A DNA stretch of 64,000 nucleotides from Tubiluchus corallicola (lineage: Eukaryota; Animalia; Priapulida), in NCBI GenBank assembly GCA_030141605.1, contig JAQGDQ010000050.1, positions 197,971 through 261,970 of the forward strand, given 5' to 3'. Under the pieces are notes generated by a model. It ran no database searches. It had not been told where the DNA came from and saw only the letters and a list, made by a program, of their open reading frames with translations. Made by a program: the position numbers and the translations under genes. Below are positions 43,001 to 55,810 of the stretch, one piece after another. Each line of letters opens with the position of its first letter. Position 1 is the first letter of the stretch.

Positions 43001-46000
43001 ACGACCCACTGCACGCCACTGCAGAGAACCCAAATGATTTCAGAATATATATTTTCAGGTAAATGTCACCTATATATTTTCGATCTTGTGTAATTTACAG
43101 TGGGACATAAAGGCAGAACTATAAGTTCCACTTTATTAGTGCTTCCAAAAAATGTATTAGTTAGTTTACTTGCATTGCTCACAATACCAGGTGTTTTTTT
43201 TCTGATATACGTTAATCTACATCTACTTTTGCTGCATCTACTTCATCTACTTTGGCAAACAAAATAAAGATTTTCTTGTAATTCATGCGTGTCAAGATTG
43301 ACGTCGCATGTTAATCATACAAGCAAAAGTATGCTGCTTCTTTTCCACGAGCAATAACAAGCTGTTGCTAATGTTTACACTGTTTTTTTCATTTTCGTAA
43401 AATGTCTGTACAAAGACCATCAGGCAATTATTAATTTATTTATCATAGTTAGCAAATTCAACTGTCATATCTTCTCCTGAAAAAAAATTGTGCCATTTAA
43501 CACCATTAGTGGGCGTAGCACTGGCTATTTAGGCCTAACAATCTTTTACTGATTTACTAATTGGCCTGACAAACTGAACCTAAAACATGCAAGAAAATAG
43601 TTTGATGCTCTTATCCCTTGTAATAATTAATTCATTAACATTTATTAAAGGGTCAGCTGCTTTTATAGCACCAACATTCATTAAAGAGTATCAGTAATAT
43701 TGTATCAAGATTTATCTACAGAATGTGTTGTGCTATTGATTTTGTGGTATTTCCTGCAATCAGCAATTAATTATAACATTTCTAAACATTTTTTAAATGT
43801 CTTAATCTGTTCTGTTGTAACAGCTGCTTGAAAGAAATGTCAAATTGAATACCAAGGACTTATAAAGCTTACTACATAATGACAGTGCAAGTACATTGAA
43901 ACTTACATTAAGAAAGTGTACAGTTGGCTCATCTTCTTCAGATTCAAGTTCGTCATTTATATCATCATTAGCAGACCATAGATAAATTTCTGGGCTAAAA
44001 ATAAAATGTCAATGGACAGTAATGAAAAGTTTCGAAAAGGCAAGGCATAATTAATAATTAAAAAAATATTCTAGACATGTGTTAGCAAGCATGCCTATTA
44101 CACAAATGGATGCAGCAAACTGGTAATCAAGATTCTGATTGCCTGAGAATAAAAGCAGTAATGAAAATAAGCTTTTTTACGGCTTCAAGAATTATCAGAA
44201 GTCTACACATGCAGCTATGAAAAAAATTTAGTCAAATCAATGAAGAGTTTTCCAAATAATTTACTACTAACAAGTTACTTCACATAACTTCAACTGTGCC
44301 ACACATCAGCCAATACATCTAACTTATGGTACAAGTACTTACACGATGTTGGAAACCACGATTTTCTGCATGTAAGCCACATGAATTCTGTCATAACAAT
44401 CCTGGAATTTTAGAAAAACTGCATAAATGAAATGACACAGTAAGGAACCATGTAGTTGTTGCTTCTTTTATACTATCTACAGTTTAAAGGTGGAATATCA
44501 CCAAAATTAAGTTGAGCTGAGCTTGAATAACTCGCGATTATATTGCGAATGCAAATATATACCTCATTCTTCACGAAAATTTCATGCTTAAGAATTCTTG
44601 GCAAGAGTTCGGATAAAATTGTACACAAAACGAACATTTGACTAGGCTGCCATTGAGTATGGACCTGCGCACGCGCCTCTGGTGGCGAAAATTGTCATAT
44701 TACAGATGAAACTTGACAAAATGCACAAGGGGAGAACGACTGTACACAACACTTGTTTGAGTATTTGTTTAAATCGACAAGTAGCATCAGTACTACTTTT
44801 ACAGTACTTTTACACAGTTTATACCTAGTAGCGGTATCACGGTAAAGATTAGCTTATTGTGGATTGAATGCATGATATTTGCTCGGTTTTGGTCATCGTG
44901 ATTGTTCTAATTGAAAAACAGATGTGGAATGTGTTACACTAGGATTCAGCAGTTAGACGGGATGCAGCAGTCAGACGGAAAGTGTCGGAATACGAAGCCA
45001 AAATAAAAAAACATTTAGTTTCCAATGAGCAACACAAAATTATTGAAGCAATGAAAGCACAATCTAAAAAAGCTGGATTAATGCCTACAAACTGTGTGAT
45101 AATTTCTCGGCTGTTTGCTTTGAAACGTTAGTTTAGAACATGATGAACTCTAGTGTTAAAAATATTGTGCTTATCTTACACTTCAGACAGATTTAGTTAG
45201 ACGCAGTTTTATGTAGTGTCTTTTTAAATTTGTTTCATTTTAAGCCCAAGTGCATAGTTTATCTATGCAGCTTAGTCATCTCGAGATTTGTATCCATTTC
45301 AATAAAAATATCACAATTACATTACGAAATGCATTTTTTTGAGCTAAAATTTTATTTATGATGCTTCTTCCTGAATTTTGAATATTAACCAAAGAACAAA
45401 CATTGTAAATCGTAAATTGACAACTGTAAATTGTTAATCCTCACACCATAAACAAAGACTTCAGTATATCTGGTAATCTGCATAGCACAAAGAGCGTTGT
45501 ACTAGATTATTTTGTACTACATATACTTTTTTCAACTTTGTAATAGAATGAGCGTTAGAATAACCTTGCTTGAAATAACACAATAAATTATTATTTTGTC
45601 ATCGAACCACATTAAATCTTTAATTTTTTATTTTGTAAAAGTGGATAATAATATGTTAATAATAAATATATTATTTTCATTGATTTTTATTTCAGTCCAA
45701 GTGACAAGAATTTTATTTAATCCTAATATTTTAATAATACTGCTGTGTAAAAATGAACACAACATTTTGTTATTATGTAAAAACAAAAGCTAATGAACAA
45801 CAGTTAAAGGTCTGGTTGATATTAAAAGTCTTACTAATTTAACTGACTGAAATATGACAAAGTTAAAAATGTTCATATATGTTTAGTTACTAATTCTACA
45901 GCTAATATGTTATAGTCTCTGTGTCCATGGGGTTCACATATTTTTTGTCAAGGCTGATAAAATGAAGCTGTCACTAAAAATTGTCACACTAGCATTATAA

Positions 46001-49000
46001 TTATGCTTCAATGAGTTTCTCTGTGTTTACAAATTCGTTAATTATTCTAGCAGAATGAAGTTACTTTACCGGACTTGTTTTACAAGAAAAGAACTTTTGT
46101 TATCAAGGCCACACTTTTGCAGTTTGTATTGCTGACGATGTTTTCAATTAATGCCACAAGAAGTTTCACAATATTTGGCCAGTCTACATTTGCGCAATGA
46201 TTGTTTACACATCTATTAGAATATACTATAATGGTAGTAAAATATATTGGTTTTGCAGAATTTGATGAAAACATGTGAATGAACGCAACGACAATTGTTT
46301 CTATCAGCAGGCTACCTATCCGACCCAAGGTCAAATGCTGTAAGGTAGTAATAACAGCTTTATTTTTAGCCCAGTTGTGCACAATAGTATCACGGTACAT
46401 ACTGCCATGTCATCAGCAGAGTTGCGCTAGTTCAATTTTTTCACCGGGAGAGGCATAAGTGCAGCTCCATTGCATTTCGTATGAGATACAAAAAAGCTCA
46501 TTACTCATTAACTAGACAACATACTGCTAAACAAATTTCGCCAAGTTGTTCACGGGGAAGGCAACTATAAAATAAGTTTAACTTGATTTTCATCATATTC
46601 CCCCTTTAAATATAAGGGAATTTAATGAAATCAAACCAACTTACGCTGAGTAAAACTGCATCAGCTTTAGCTAGACTGCACAGAATGTGGGTGAGCCTCA
46701 ATTTCCATTCTGGTTTCCATCTCATAATAAGTAATAAACTGCCTGCACTCAGTATACACAGAGAGTAATATATGATCAGCAGAACAGAACTACGGCAATA
46801 GCCAAAGCATTCCTACAGAAAATATTTATAGGAAACCAATAAGTAATAAAATACAAAACTTTTTGGTATCATTTATAAATCCGATTTATAAACTAAAACT
46901 GATTTAATATACAAAGTGCATTTTCAATACAACATTCTGAAAATGGTACCATAGATTTAGTGCTGTACCTACTCCATATCAAAATTAGCCGGGGGGGGGG
47001 GAAATGGCACTCACATCGCTCTCCTAATTATGGGTCTACAGATTAACCAAGATTAGCCACAGCTGTTGCAGACTATTAGAGCACTATAGCACATTACAAC
47101 ACAAGTGCATCTAGGGGCCTTCATATAAAAGGCATCCAATAAATTTCTATCTGTAGTGCTCAGCATTGCTATGTAAAATAAGGGCATGCAATATTCAGGC
47201 CACAGATAATAACTATGACCACACTTATAGTATTGCCTATACTAACTACATATTATATAAATAACTTTTATGTTGTTCTTACATACTACAAGCTAGAATC
47301 TAGTAAGAACTTACAAATGTCATTGAATCCGGTATAATAGTGAAACCTAGCTTATTAAAGTATTAAAGGAAAAGCCAAGCCTTCTAGGCAGTTAAGCTTA
47401 TTTCAATGGTTGCGCAAAATGTTAGAAGGATTTAGTAATAAAACTGCAATAAGACCCTCGTGTAGTTAGTAAAATCACTTTAATGTCGCTATCATTTCAC
47501 GCTTGGGCACACCCATTTTCAATGGCTATTCTTCCTCCAATAACGTCATTTGTCTTGAAGAAAAATATAATAAGTATTTACGAAAAAGTTAGGCAGGTAA
47601 TTTTGTAATATTGTTGCATAAACATACAGAGCTGCAGAAGTCTGAATTAGTTTAAGCAGTGCACGCTTACGGAAAGCCATATTGCACTTACGAAAAGTCA
47701 CGAAATCTCCCAGTTACGTCATAATTTTCAAGTGAATGGCGGTAACCACCTGAAAAGTTCTATTCTGAGGTAATATATTTTAAATTTATGCTTTGTATGG
47801 AGTTCTTTGCAAATTTATTTGTTATATTCTTCTAAGTTTAAGTAATAACAGTAAAATAAACCCCACATACTGTGCGACTTTTCTTTCCTTCAACAAAGAT
47901 AAATGTCTACGACAAGATCTACTCAAACAGTAGAGGTGCTTCAGCCAACAAATGAGTGCTAAATTAGGTGTTTTAGCCTTAGCCCAGAGCTTGGCATAGT
48001 TCAATTATTGTACCAAGGTATAATCACTCAGGTATACCCCTCTATCAAACGTGATACGCAGCTTTTATTTTGCAGTCAGTATGGCAAATTATTTCAGTCA
48101 AATATGCTAACATTAGTTATAACCGGTGTTTGGAACATCTACTTTTGCAGCATCTACTTGTACTATCATCTACTTCCTTCAGTATTTACAAGTATCTACA
48201 TCTATATTGGTAAAGCAAATTGAAATCTTTCTTGTAATTCATGCGTGCCAAGAGTGACGTCATGTTAATCATATACACAAAACTAGGCCACAAATTATAA
48301 CAGCTTACGTGGCCACTTCTCTTCCACGATATATATATATATACTATAATGCAAAACTTTAAAGTCAAAGTTAGCAATTAGAAGATCTTACCTACAAATT
48401 TTTACAAAAAGAAAACTTTCATAATAATGCTTTGTTTTTCAATTAATTAAGTGGACATACACAGGGCTCAAATAAACTGTTTGGACCAGCATTGTCCCGG
48501 GACAAACAGCAGTGTCTGGCAAATTGGTAGCCCTCCTTTTTTAGGAGTTTGGATCTTAAGTGAATTTGCCAGGCAGAGTGTGAAAAGTGCATGACTCAGG
48601 CAGCCCTCATAGGGGACTTCAATTTTTTTCCTTACGTGTTCCCAATAAAATTATAGCACAGCCAGAATTCGATGATATATAAAACAAGACAAAATGACAG
48701 CCCTTTAGCGGTGTCTTTACTGCTCTTCCGACAGAAATTAGCTGATTTCTAATGCATTTTATCTTAATGCACAGTCTAAACAGCAGAAGAGGAGAATCTG
48801 TAATTAAGTTCAATTGATTTTTGTTGATTATATTGCTATTTATTTGCTGATTATACTTTCCTATAAAGCAGTAATACTAGTTAGTACGCACAATGTTCAT
48901 TATGATTTACAAAATGAAAAAAGCCTACCAAACAAATTTTTCGTTTGCCTTATTAGTTAGCACATGTACTACAAAAAATACAAAAGGAACAACTAAGCCA

Positions 49001-51972
49001 TAAATTGACAATTTGAAAACAATCATTCTTTAAAGTATCTCAAAGTACTTTTTGTGGCCAGCCTTGCTTAACTATTGAAGGTAGAATGAATGTTTACATT
49101 TCCAGCAAATACATTTCTTTCAATTTGTAATATATAAGTAGTAAATGTACTAGCAAGTGATTAAACAGTCAGCAAGGTAATCTTGTACTTTTAAACTAGC
49201 AAAACTTTAAAACACTCTTCAGACTATAGTTGCATCTGTCCGTGTCATTGAGCAACAAATTTGCTGCTAGACAAAAGTAAATAAAATCAAGGACCTACCA
49301 GTCTTTAAACAATAATTTCACTTTCTGCACTTTCAAGAATATTTTATACATATGCGTGTTATATGACCTTAATTAAGCTTGCAATATTGATCGGTAAAAT
49401 GCTGGTATCGGTACAGAAGAAAAGCAATGTGTCGCCTATCGAGATAGATCATGTGCAACTAAGGATGTTCATGATAATGATACATGCAGATAATTATCGA
49501 TTATCGTATATCGATTATCGTATCGATATTATTCTAAGAATACGTCATCACAAATACGAAATAAAAAGACAATTATACAAAATTACTAAAGTGAAATAAT
49601 AATAATATACATTTTTTCAAGATTAACTGACAAATTAAAAGTGTAGAACATTCTTGCAAAAGCTGATATAAAATGGACAATCAAAAATGCCCAAATTGAA
49701 TGTTTGATTATGTCTAAATAATTAGTTATACGTACATATTAAAGATTTGGATTTAAACATACCGATACTAACAAGTGTTTTGTGGTTATATCTAGCGTGT
49801 TCCAGAATTTAGTATCTTGAAAGGTAATAGAATGTTTAGTAATGTTGGTTCTGCAGAATGGGACGCTGTATGTATTAAAACAAGTGTTAGATTTACTGGA
49901 TTAATAAAAAAATTTGGAAAAGTCTGTTGTTTGTTTTATACATATAGATAGCTAAAGCTAGTTTGTTTTTAACTCACTTACCAACAGTATACCGCATTCA
50001 CAATAGTATATGTAAATGGTATTTCCACTTTTTTAGAACGACTATAAATTAAATGTAAAAACTCTCAATGTAATTCATTTAAGCGTGAAATTTTTTTGTA
50101 TAATAAGTGGAACCCCATAAGGTAATACAATAGGTTAAATAAGGCAGCACAAGGCTATTATACAGAGTTAGTAAGTGTGTTTCTGAAAAACAGTGTTTAA
50201 TGTGACTGACGATGCCTAAGTTTTTTGCAATTTTTAATCGAATATAATTTATGTTGGGTTGTCAGTCCAAATTTTCATGTAAAATTAGACCTAAAATGTA
50301 ATTTCTTCCACTTGTTCTATAATTTTATTTTTGATATGGAGCTTCATTAATGACATTACCTAATTTCTTGATCTAAATAGTATATTTTGTTTTCTTTGTA
50401 TTTAAAGATAACTTGTTAGTTTTAAACCATCACGAGATTTCATGAAGTTCACTATTGAATCAATACAGTTAACACTGTGGCATTTAAAAAGCAAGCTGGT
50501 GTCAGAAGCCAATTGAAAAATTTTTGAATTTTTTACACTTGATGTTTTATGTCATTTATATAAATGGGGAACAGAAGTAGTCCTAATATGGAACCTTGAG
50601 GCACACCACATGTCACCATAGCAGTGTCAGATATACAATTTTTGTATTCTACAGACCGTATTCTATTTGTTAACTAGGTAACATACTAATTACTGGCGAC
50701 ACCTCTTATGCCATAATAAGATAATTTTTCTATGAGAATTTTATGGTTAATCGTGTCAAATCTTCGACAAGCCACAAAAGACACTGACCGCAAATTTATT
50801 AATTTCTATACAGTCGACTATATTTGCTAACATGTGTATTAGAGCCATTTCTGCAGTGCTGTTCTTGTGGAAACCATATTGGGTATCATTAAGTATATTT
50901 AAATCATTTAGGTATTTAAGTAGCTGATCATAAACACGTTCTTTCAAAAATTTTAGAAAAAAGGCAGTAATGAAATAGGTCTATAATTGTTTATACTTTG
51001 GGGATCTCCAGTTTTAAATAAAGGTACTATTATTCATTGCTTTAGTTTAGCTGGAACTTGGCCAGTAGTTAGAGAAGTATTGATTATATGAGTTAATGGA
51101 ACAACTATATAGGCCATTGTGTTTAACAAAACTGTTGGGGCTACTTTTATTAAATTAATGGCGTTACCAACTCATCATCCGTTCCTTTGTTCAGAATGGC
51201 TAAAGTTGAATTTCTTTGTGTTTTCCCTGGTCCACTGAGAAGCTGATAGTCACCTTTCATTATGACACCTGAATACGAGAGTGATGTCTATACTCTCCAG
51301 CAGAACTTGATATACAAATGATAATCGTGGCATCCCAATTTGCTAGAGTTACATCTAAAAAAACAAGAATAAATGCTTTGTTTCTCAAATAATTTAATCC
51401 AAATTCTAAAGCAGACCTACACAAAAACTAACCATTGTGCCTGGATGTGCGCTGTGGCTAGGGGTGAGCATCGAACGTTCGAATCGAGTCTTTTCAGTTC
51501 GAATTCGATTCCAACCTAAAACTATAGATTCGAAAAATTCAGCACTTCAGTCATACATGTTCTTTATCATTAAAATGATTAAAGCGTCATGCAATTAGCT
51601 TAATGTAGCTGTGATTTCTGTGCACAATTTTAAACAAATTATGCATGTTTTTGTAAAACTAATTTTTACTGGTGGCTCGAAAACTTGTTCGAAAATACGG
51701 AAGCTCGGTTCGATTCGAAAGTCACGAATTCGATTCGAATTTGCTTTTTGGTAGAGAATGCTCACACCTACCTGTGGCACACAAAACCGAAAGCAAAAAA
51801 TATACAATGCAAAGATACAGAAAACTGAAGTGAATAATACATAATACATGTAGGTTACTGCGAATACACAAGTGCAACAAGTGAAAAAACAAACATGCTA
51901 AAAAATAGAAAATATATCCTCACAATAATTTAATTTACGCCTTCCATTCCTACTGCGTTGGTGGATTAACAT
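16097..51972 (-). CDS. ATP13A3: P5B-type ATPase (ATP13A2/ATP13A3-like polyamine-transporting ATPase), 30 exons, about 1223 aa
   Basis: Hand-assembled GT-AG exons with consistent phases: 51939-51972 (tentative; alternative ATG at 51260), 51168-51268, 46645-46812, 44343-44401, 43907-43994, 40426-40583, 39672-39741, 38724-38858, 37749-37821, 36010-36141, 34272-34436, 33105-33262, 32697-32885, 32069-32130, 31108-31252, [28911-29033 or 27649-27756], 25856-26009, 25150-25267, 24513-24637, 24090-24313, 23606-23716, 23420-23499, 22835-22987, 21611-21707, 20881-20953, 19291-19441, 18815-18963, 17610-17698, 16854-16943, 16097-16294. Motifs: [118 protein letters not shown]-terminal NPNWPP. The symbol is a family-level best match, not proven orthology. 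Confidence 0.93.
20106..20600. repeat. Diverged tandem duplication of a ~240-bp unit in an intron
   Basis: The block gacatcagcaa...tttgcataacaa...ctaattgttattt...ttgtaaaaaattgcagggtg...cctaacagct occurs twice (about 20106-20335 and 20341-20600). Confidence 0.8.
26911..27453 (-). mobile_element. Kolobok-like non-autonomous element, copy B (inverted relative to 7665-8220)
   Basis: Ends ...AAAATCATCCTGTTTTCCT|TTAA; its reverse complement matches copy A. Confidence 0.65.
27649..27756 (-). CDS. ATP13A alternative exon 16b
   Basis: ttccag|[36 protein letters not shown]|gtgaca; 108 nt, phase 0-0. Confidence 0.8.
28911..29033 (-). CDS. ATP13A alternative exon 16a
   Basis: ttttcag|[41 protein letters not shown]|gtgaag; 123 nt, phase 0-0. 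Confidence 0.85.
30496..30700 (+). mobile_element. Possible PIF/Harbinger-like MITE end
   Basis: GGCGCGTTCAGGCTAG start with internal repeats GTTCAGACTAG/ATTCAAACTAG; the right end was not identified. Confidence 0.3.
31860..32022 (-). mobile_element. tRNA-derived SINE-like head
   Basis: Minus strand TAGCGCAAATGTAG (A-box-like) ... GGTTCAACTCC (B-box); no full cloverleaf. Confidence 0.45.
34942..35542. mobile_element. Tc1/mariner-superfamily (pogo/Tc2-like) MITE
   Basis: TIR CCGTATATACTCGCATATAAGCC ... GGCTTATATGCGAGTATATA, inserted in a TA run, with internal repeats of ATATAAGCCGAC. Confidence 0.8.
40698..43021. mobile_element. Non-autonomous hAT-like DNA transposon, about 2.3 kb
   Basis: 14-bp TIRs CAGAGGCGTGCAGT / ACTGCACGCCACTG. 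Degenerate 8-bp TSD tagagatc / cagagaac. GC-rich subterminal block ...CCCAGACCCCCTAGCTGG. Confidence 0.8.
43185..43350 (+). repeat. Interspersed repeat with CATCTAC units, copy 1
   Basis: Shares catctact arrays and ttcttgtaattcatgcgtg..aaga.tgacgtc..atgttaatcata with 48122-48330. Confidence 0.7.
44488..46605. mobile_element. Kolobok-like non-autonomous DNA transposon, about 2.1 kb
   Basis: TTAA|AGGTGGAATATCACCAAAATTAAGTT ... AACTTGATTTTCATCATATTCCCCCT|TTAA: imperfect TIRs with TTAA on both sides. Confidence 0.8.
47367..48003. mobile_element. Probable Kolobok-like MITE
   Basis: TTAA|AGGAAAAGCCAAGC start and GCTTGGCATAGTTC end; partial similarity to the reverse complement of about 5330-5425. 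Confidence 0.4.
48122..48330 (+). repeat. Interspersed repeat with CATCTAC units, copy 2
   Basis: Homologous to 43185-43350. Confidence 0.7.
49740..51140 (-). mobile_element. Decayed L2/Crack-like LINE reverse transcriptase in ATP13A intron 2
   Basis: Frameshifted minus-strand peptides [49 protein letters not shown] (a degenerate FADD). Confidence 0.88.
51459..51770. mobile_element. hAT-like MITE, 312 bp
   Basis: TIRs TAGGGGTGAGCAT / ATGCTCACACCTA, 8-bp TSD gctgtggc / cctgtggc, and subterminal TTCGA repeats. Confidence 0.85.
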
Positions 51973-52148
51973 CCGGTTTGGATCAGGCAAAGGAAAGGTC
52001 TTCTCAGATACTGCTTTAAAGGAAGGTTATCATCATGAACAGAAAAGAATAAAACACAAATAAATCAAAAACGTTCCGAAATCAATTACACCGATCGACT
52101 ACTACCAAGCTTGAAACCTATATTATATTCAATAACAAAATTATGGTT

Positions 52149-52162
52149 ATATCACGTGATAT
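52149..52162. promoter_or_regulatory. CLEAR-like palindromic E-box upstream of ATP13A
   Basis: Perfect palindrome ATATCACGTGATAT about 180 bp upstream of the tentative first ATG; a further CACGTG at 52370-52375. Confidence 0.45.
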
Positions 52163-52509
52163 TACTCATGTTTCGTTATGTGAAAACTTCACCAATAAAA
52201 AAAGAAAATTAACCATGAAAATGAACTGCAAATAGATTATAATTTTATAACTAACTCTCACTCTATCAGACAGTCAATCTCACAGTCTGCAGTGACGTGC
52301 GCACTGAACTGAGCAGTTTAACGTGAACCCCGATACATTTAACGCGCCCCTTTTGAGCTTGGCATTTCCCACGTGCCGTGCGGTGTAACTGGAAAACTTA
52401 ACTAAAATTACTACTTATAAAGGTAGTTAACTAGTTGCAGGTCTTGGAGACTGTCACAAGTGGCATGAACAACAATGACGATGCTGTCGGAATTATTCAT
52501 CAGAATCTA

Positions 52510-52667
52510 TGCTTTATTTTCTGGAATTTTTTGAAAAACAAACTCGGCAAAAAGGTAGGCCTATATATATATTTTGTTTTTTATATATATGGAGTTTGTT
52601 TTTCAAAAAAATTCCAAATAGGCCTACCCTTTTGCCGAGTTTGGAAAAAATTCCAAAAAATAAAGCA
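52510..52667. repeat. Inverted repeat with ~50-bp arms and a nested alternative arm
   Basis: TGCTTTATTTT.TGGAATTTTTT...AAACTCGGCAAAA.GGTAGGCCTAT pairs with 52618-52667; 52582-52607 is a second partial complement of the left arm. Confidence 0.85.
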
Positions 52668-54205
52668 CGCGCGATAAAGTACTTCACAAGCATTTAGCAA
52701 TAAAGTCATATTATGGTAATTAAAAAACGCATAGTCATTGTACTTTGGCGTGATAAGCTTGGCACATATATCAAAAGTTGCGACAAATATTAATAAAAGA
52801 ACAGTTTTCTTAAAATCCATCAATTTAAAAATTATATTATTTTAAAATGTTATTGGATTCTGAATTTAAATGTAATGTATAATAGACTCAATGACTGCTA
52901 ACCCTTAATTTTAATACATGTCATTTGATCATATACTGTAACAGGGTGAAGACCTCGATACCGGAAGTTTGTCTTACATGTAATGTGAACTGTGGCGAAC
53001 GCTGAAGTGCGGACTTGGTGGTTCCTATAACGGTTCGGTATTTACTGACATATTATTGCATATGGACGGTGTTTTTTTTCTAACTTGTAAGTAATTAATT
53101 CAGTAATATTAATTTTAGGAAAAATTAATAAATATAAAATATTTAAAAAATGATAAAATATTTGAAAAATTAGCAAAATTTAATATAAAATATTTGCGCT
53201 TAATCCTATTACTGATCATTATTTGTAGCTATTTTATCATTTTAGTAAGGGGCACTCTCCTTTTTTTCGTTTATTTGGCTTCCAGCGCACAAATTATTAT
53301 TTTTTCGTTGTTTTGTAATATATAATATTGTTTCAGCCTCGAAATAGTTACGGTTACCTATTATGTATACACGGTAGGCCTGGAACAATCTACAATGTCG
53401 ATTCTGCACTACAGAATCTTCTTATTAATGCTTTTATCTCAAAATAAAAAAATGTTGGCGATACATGTCACAGGCATAATTTTTTAATTAAGATATATAC
53501 AAAGAACTTTGTAATTTATGTAATGAATGTATTCACAATGATGTTGATACCGCTGACGACAGTACAAAATCGCTTACTGGCAAAACTAGAGAAACTGCTT
53601 TTAGAATTAGTCAACTTTGGTGTGACAAACTGTATAATTGGTGCTATAAATGGGGGCAAACAATAAACTGTATATATATACATGGTGAAATGGAAGTGAT
53701 TCCATTTGGCCTCAATGATTTGGGAACGATGAAATCAATTACGCGTAAAGTAACAGGGCATCACCATCGACAATCAGTTCAGTTTTCATATTCCAGTAAT
53801 AGTAGAAGGAAGAAAGTCTGGGACCAACTAGAATAACCTGTTTGATGGTTATAAAACAAAAATCTATGTAAGGGATTTAGCCTAAATACTTGTCATAAAA
53901 TCATAAAAAATACATTTAATTTGCAATTAGATTAATAACCTGTAAAACCGCTATTACTGTAGTAGATATGGCTTCTATCTATCTGTTACCTATTCTAAAA
54001 ATGGGTTTAACCTAATAGCGAACGGTTGCTCTAGTTTTGCTATATTCTGTACTACCAGGTGGCTTTTACAAGACATTATATGCAGATTTTACCTGTATTT
54101 CTGTGGAAACTTCTGTATCAATAAACGTTTAAAGTATATTCTACTGTTATACCTTTTGTCAACACGACAATACTGTTATTACTCTGCCATTTCATTGTTT
54201 GATCC

Positions 54206-54595
54206 CAGGGTCGATTTATCCTATAGCTAGCATAGGCTGCTGTCTAGGGCAATTAAAGCTTGTAGGCCCCTCAAGCTTTGGTAACATTAAATGATTAGGT
54301 AAAAAGGTCTATTTTTTCTCCATATTTTTGTTGAATATGTGTTAATTTGATTTGCAATAAATAGTAATAGTGGTAGTTCTTAAAGAATATTTTTATTGGC
54401 AAACAAAAAGTAGCCATTCTAGTTTATTTAAAGAATTTGGATTAAGCTTAGTTCAAACTTTGTAAATGTTGCTAAAATGTATCACAAGTAAAGCATATCC
54501 AAGTAAGGGTGTAGGCGAATTACAGAGTGACCCCATCTGAGGGGGAGCACAATTTCATTAGCCTAGGGGCCCCAAAAGGACTTAATCTGACCCTG
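54206..54595. mobile_element. hAT-like MITE, 390 bp
   Basis: TIRs CAGGGTCGATTTA / TTAATCTGACCCTG; degenerate 8-bp TSD tttgatcc / gttgctcc. Confidence 0.75.
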
Positions 54596-55756
54596 GTTGC
54601 TCCCCATTAAATAATATGATGCCTCAACATGGATGATTAGAAAACACAGTTTATTTGATGATCTGCTTTATGACGTAATGAAAATTGTCATGGGTGCTAT
54701 TTCCACCCTTCTCGTGATAAACTTCTCGTTGAATTAATATTTGGTCTGCCACCTATATGGACATTGTATTTAGCAGTATAGCCACGAAATTCACATTAAA
54801 GGTATTATCTAACCATTGTAATTATCACGTAAAACAAAACCTATTAGCGGGTAGTCGCAATGCAAATGTAAACTACAATCGTGTTGTAAGTCATCTGTAT
54901 GTCGCTGCATGTGAATTTTTAAAAGCAGTTAAAAGTTTTTATACACGCAGTCTTGACTTTGTCAATGTTCCTCCAGATATTTGATAATACAAAAACATGA
55001 AATTGATGAATGTGTGTTACATTAATGGTATATACACAGATGCCGGAACAGTCTTTAGTGTGGTTCTGTTTAGTCTTCTGTGTACCCAGTTAAGGTGTTT
55101 AATTCACCATTAGTATTGCCAAACCAACAGGCTGCAGGTCTCTTGAGGCACTAACTATCAGTATATCACTTGAGCATGGCAATTTTAAAGGCTTTCTATG
55201 CAAAATAGGTTATACGTGTCATATAACTTGCGCCACTGTGATAATGACATGCAAACTGTACAACCCTTGTTATTTGACTGTAACCTTGTTACCTACAATA
55301 ATACACAGGATTTTGTTTCGAATTTACATTCACGAGATATTAGTAAAATCTACATTGGCAGAGACCCTAATTTACTTACTGCGCGCGTAAAGCTTATTCG
55401 TGATGAATTCTTGTTAACATTTTGTAATCGCTCCTAAATTGGCCTAAAGTTGTAGCATGCTGTGTTAATTACTGTGAAAACCAACTGTGATGCCGTTGAC
55501 ATTGATTATCTGTCATCTGTATCCTCCATGTTCAATTTTCGTTATTTTAATAGATTTAATTTGTATTTTATTTTATTTTATGTTACATAAATTGTTGTAG
55601 CCGCTCATTATCTTCCCAATTGTATCGTTGATGCTCGAATACTGTAATTTTAGCTTATTTTATACTCTAAAGTTCCTGGTAACTTCGTACTCCTGTCTGC
55701 AAGTATAGTGCGCTGATGTGACGCTTCTTTCTTCGTTTTTATTTTTTATCTCTTTG

Positions 55757-55759
<3 letters not shown>

Positions 55760-55810
<51 letters not shown>

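Noticed and set aside
46080-46400. 106-aa ORF inside the Kolobok-like element as a THAP protein or transposase
   Set aside because: No complete C2CH or DDE motif is recognisable.
51269-51354. Longer version of ATPase exon 2
   Set aside because: It has an in-frame TAG upstream of the ATG at 51260, so it could only be UTR.
16097-51972. U12-type or non-canonical introns in the ATPase
   Set aside because: All assembled introns are GT-AG and lack the RTATCCTT donor.
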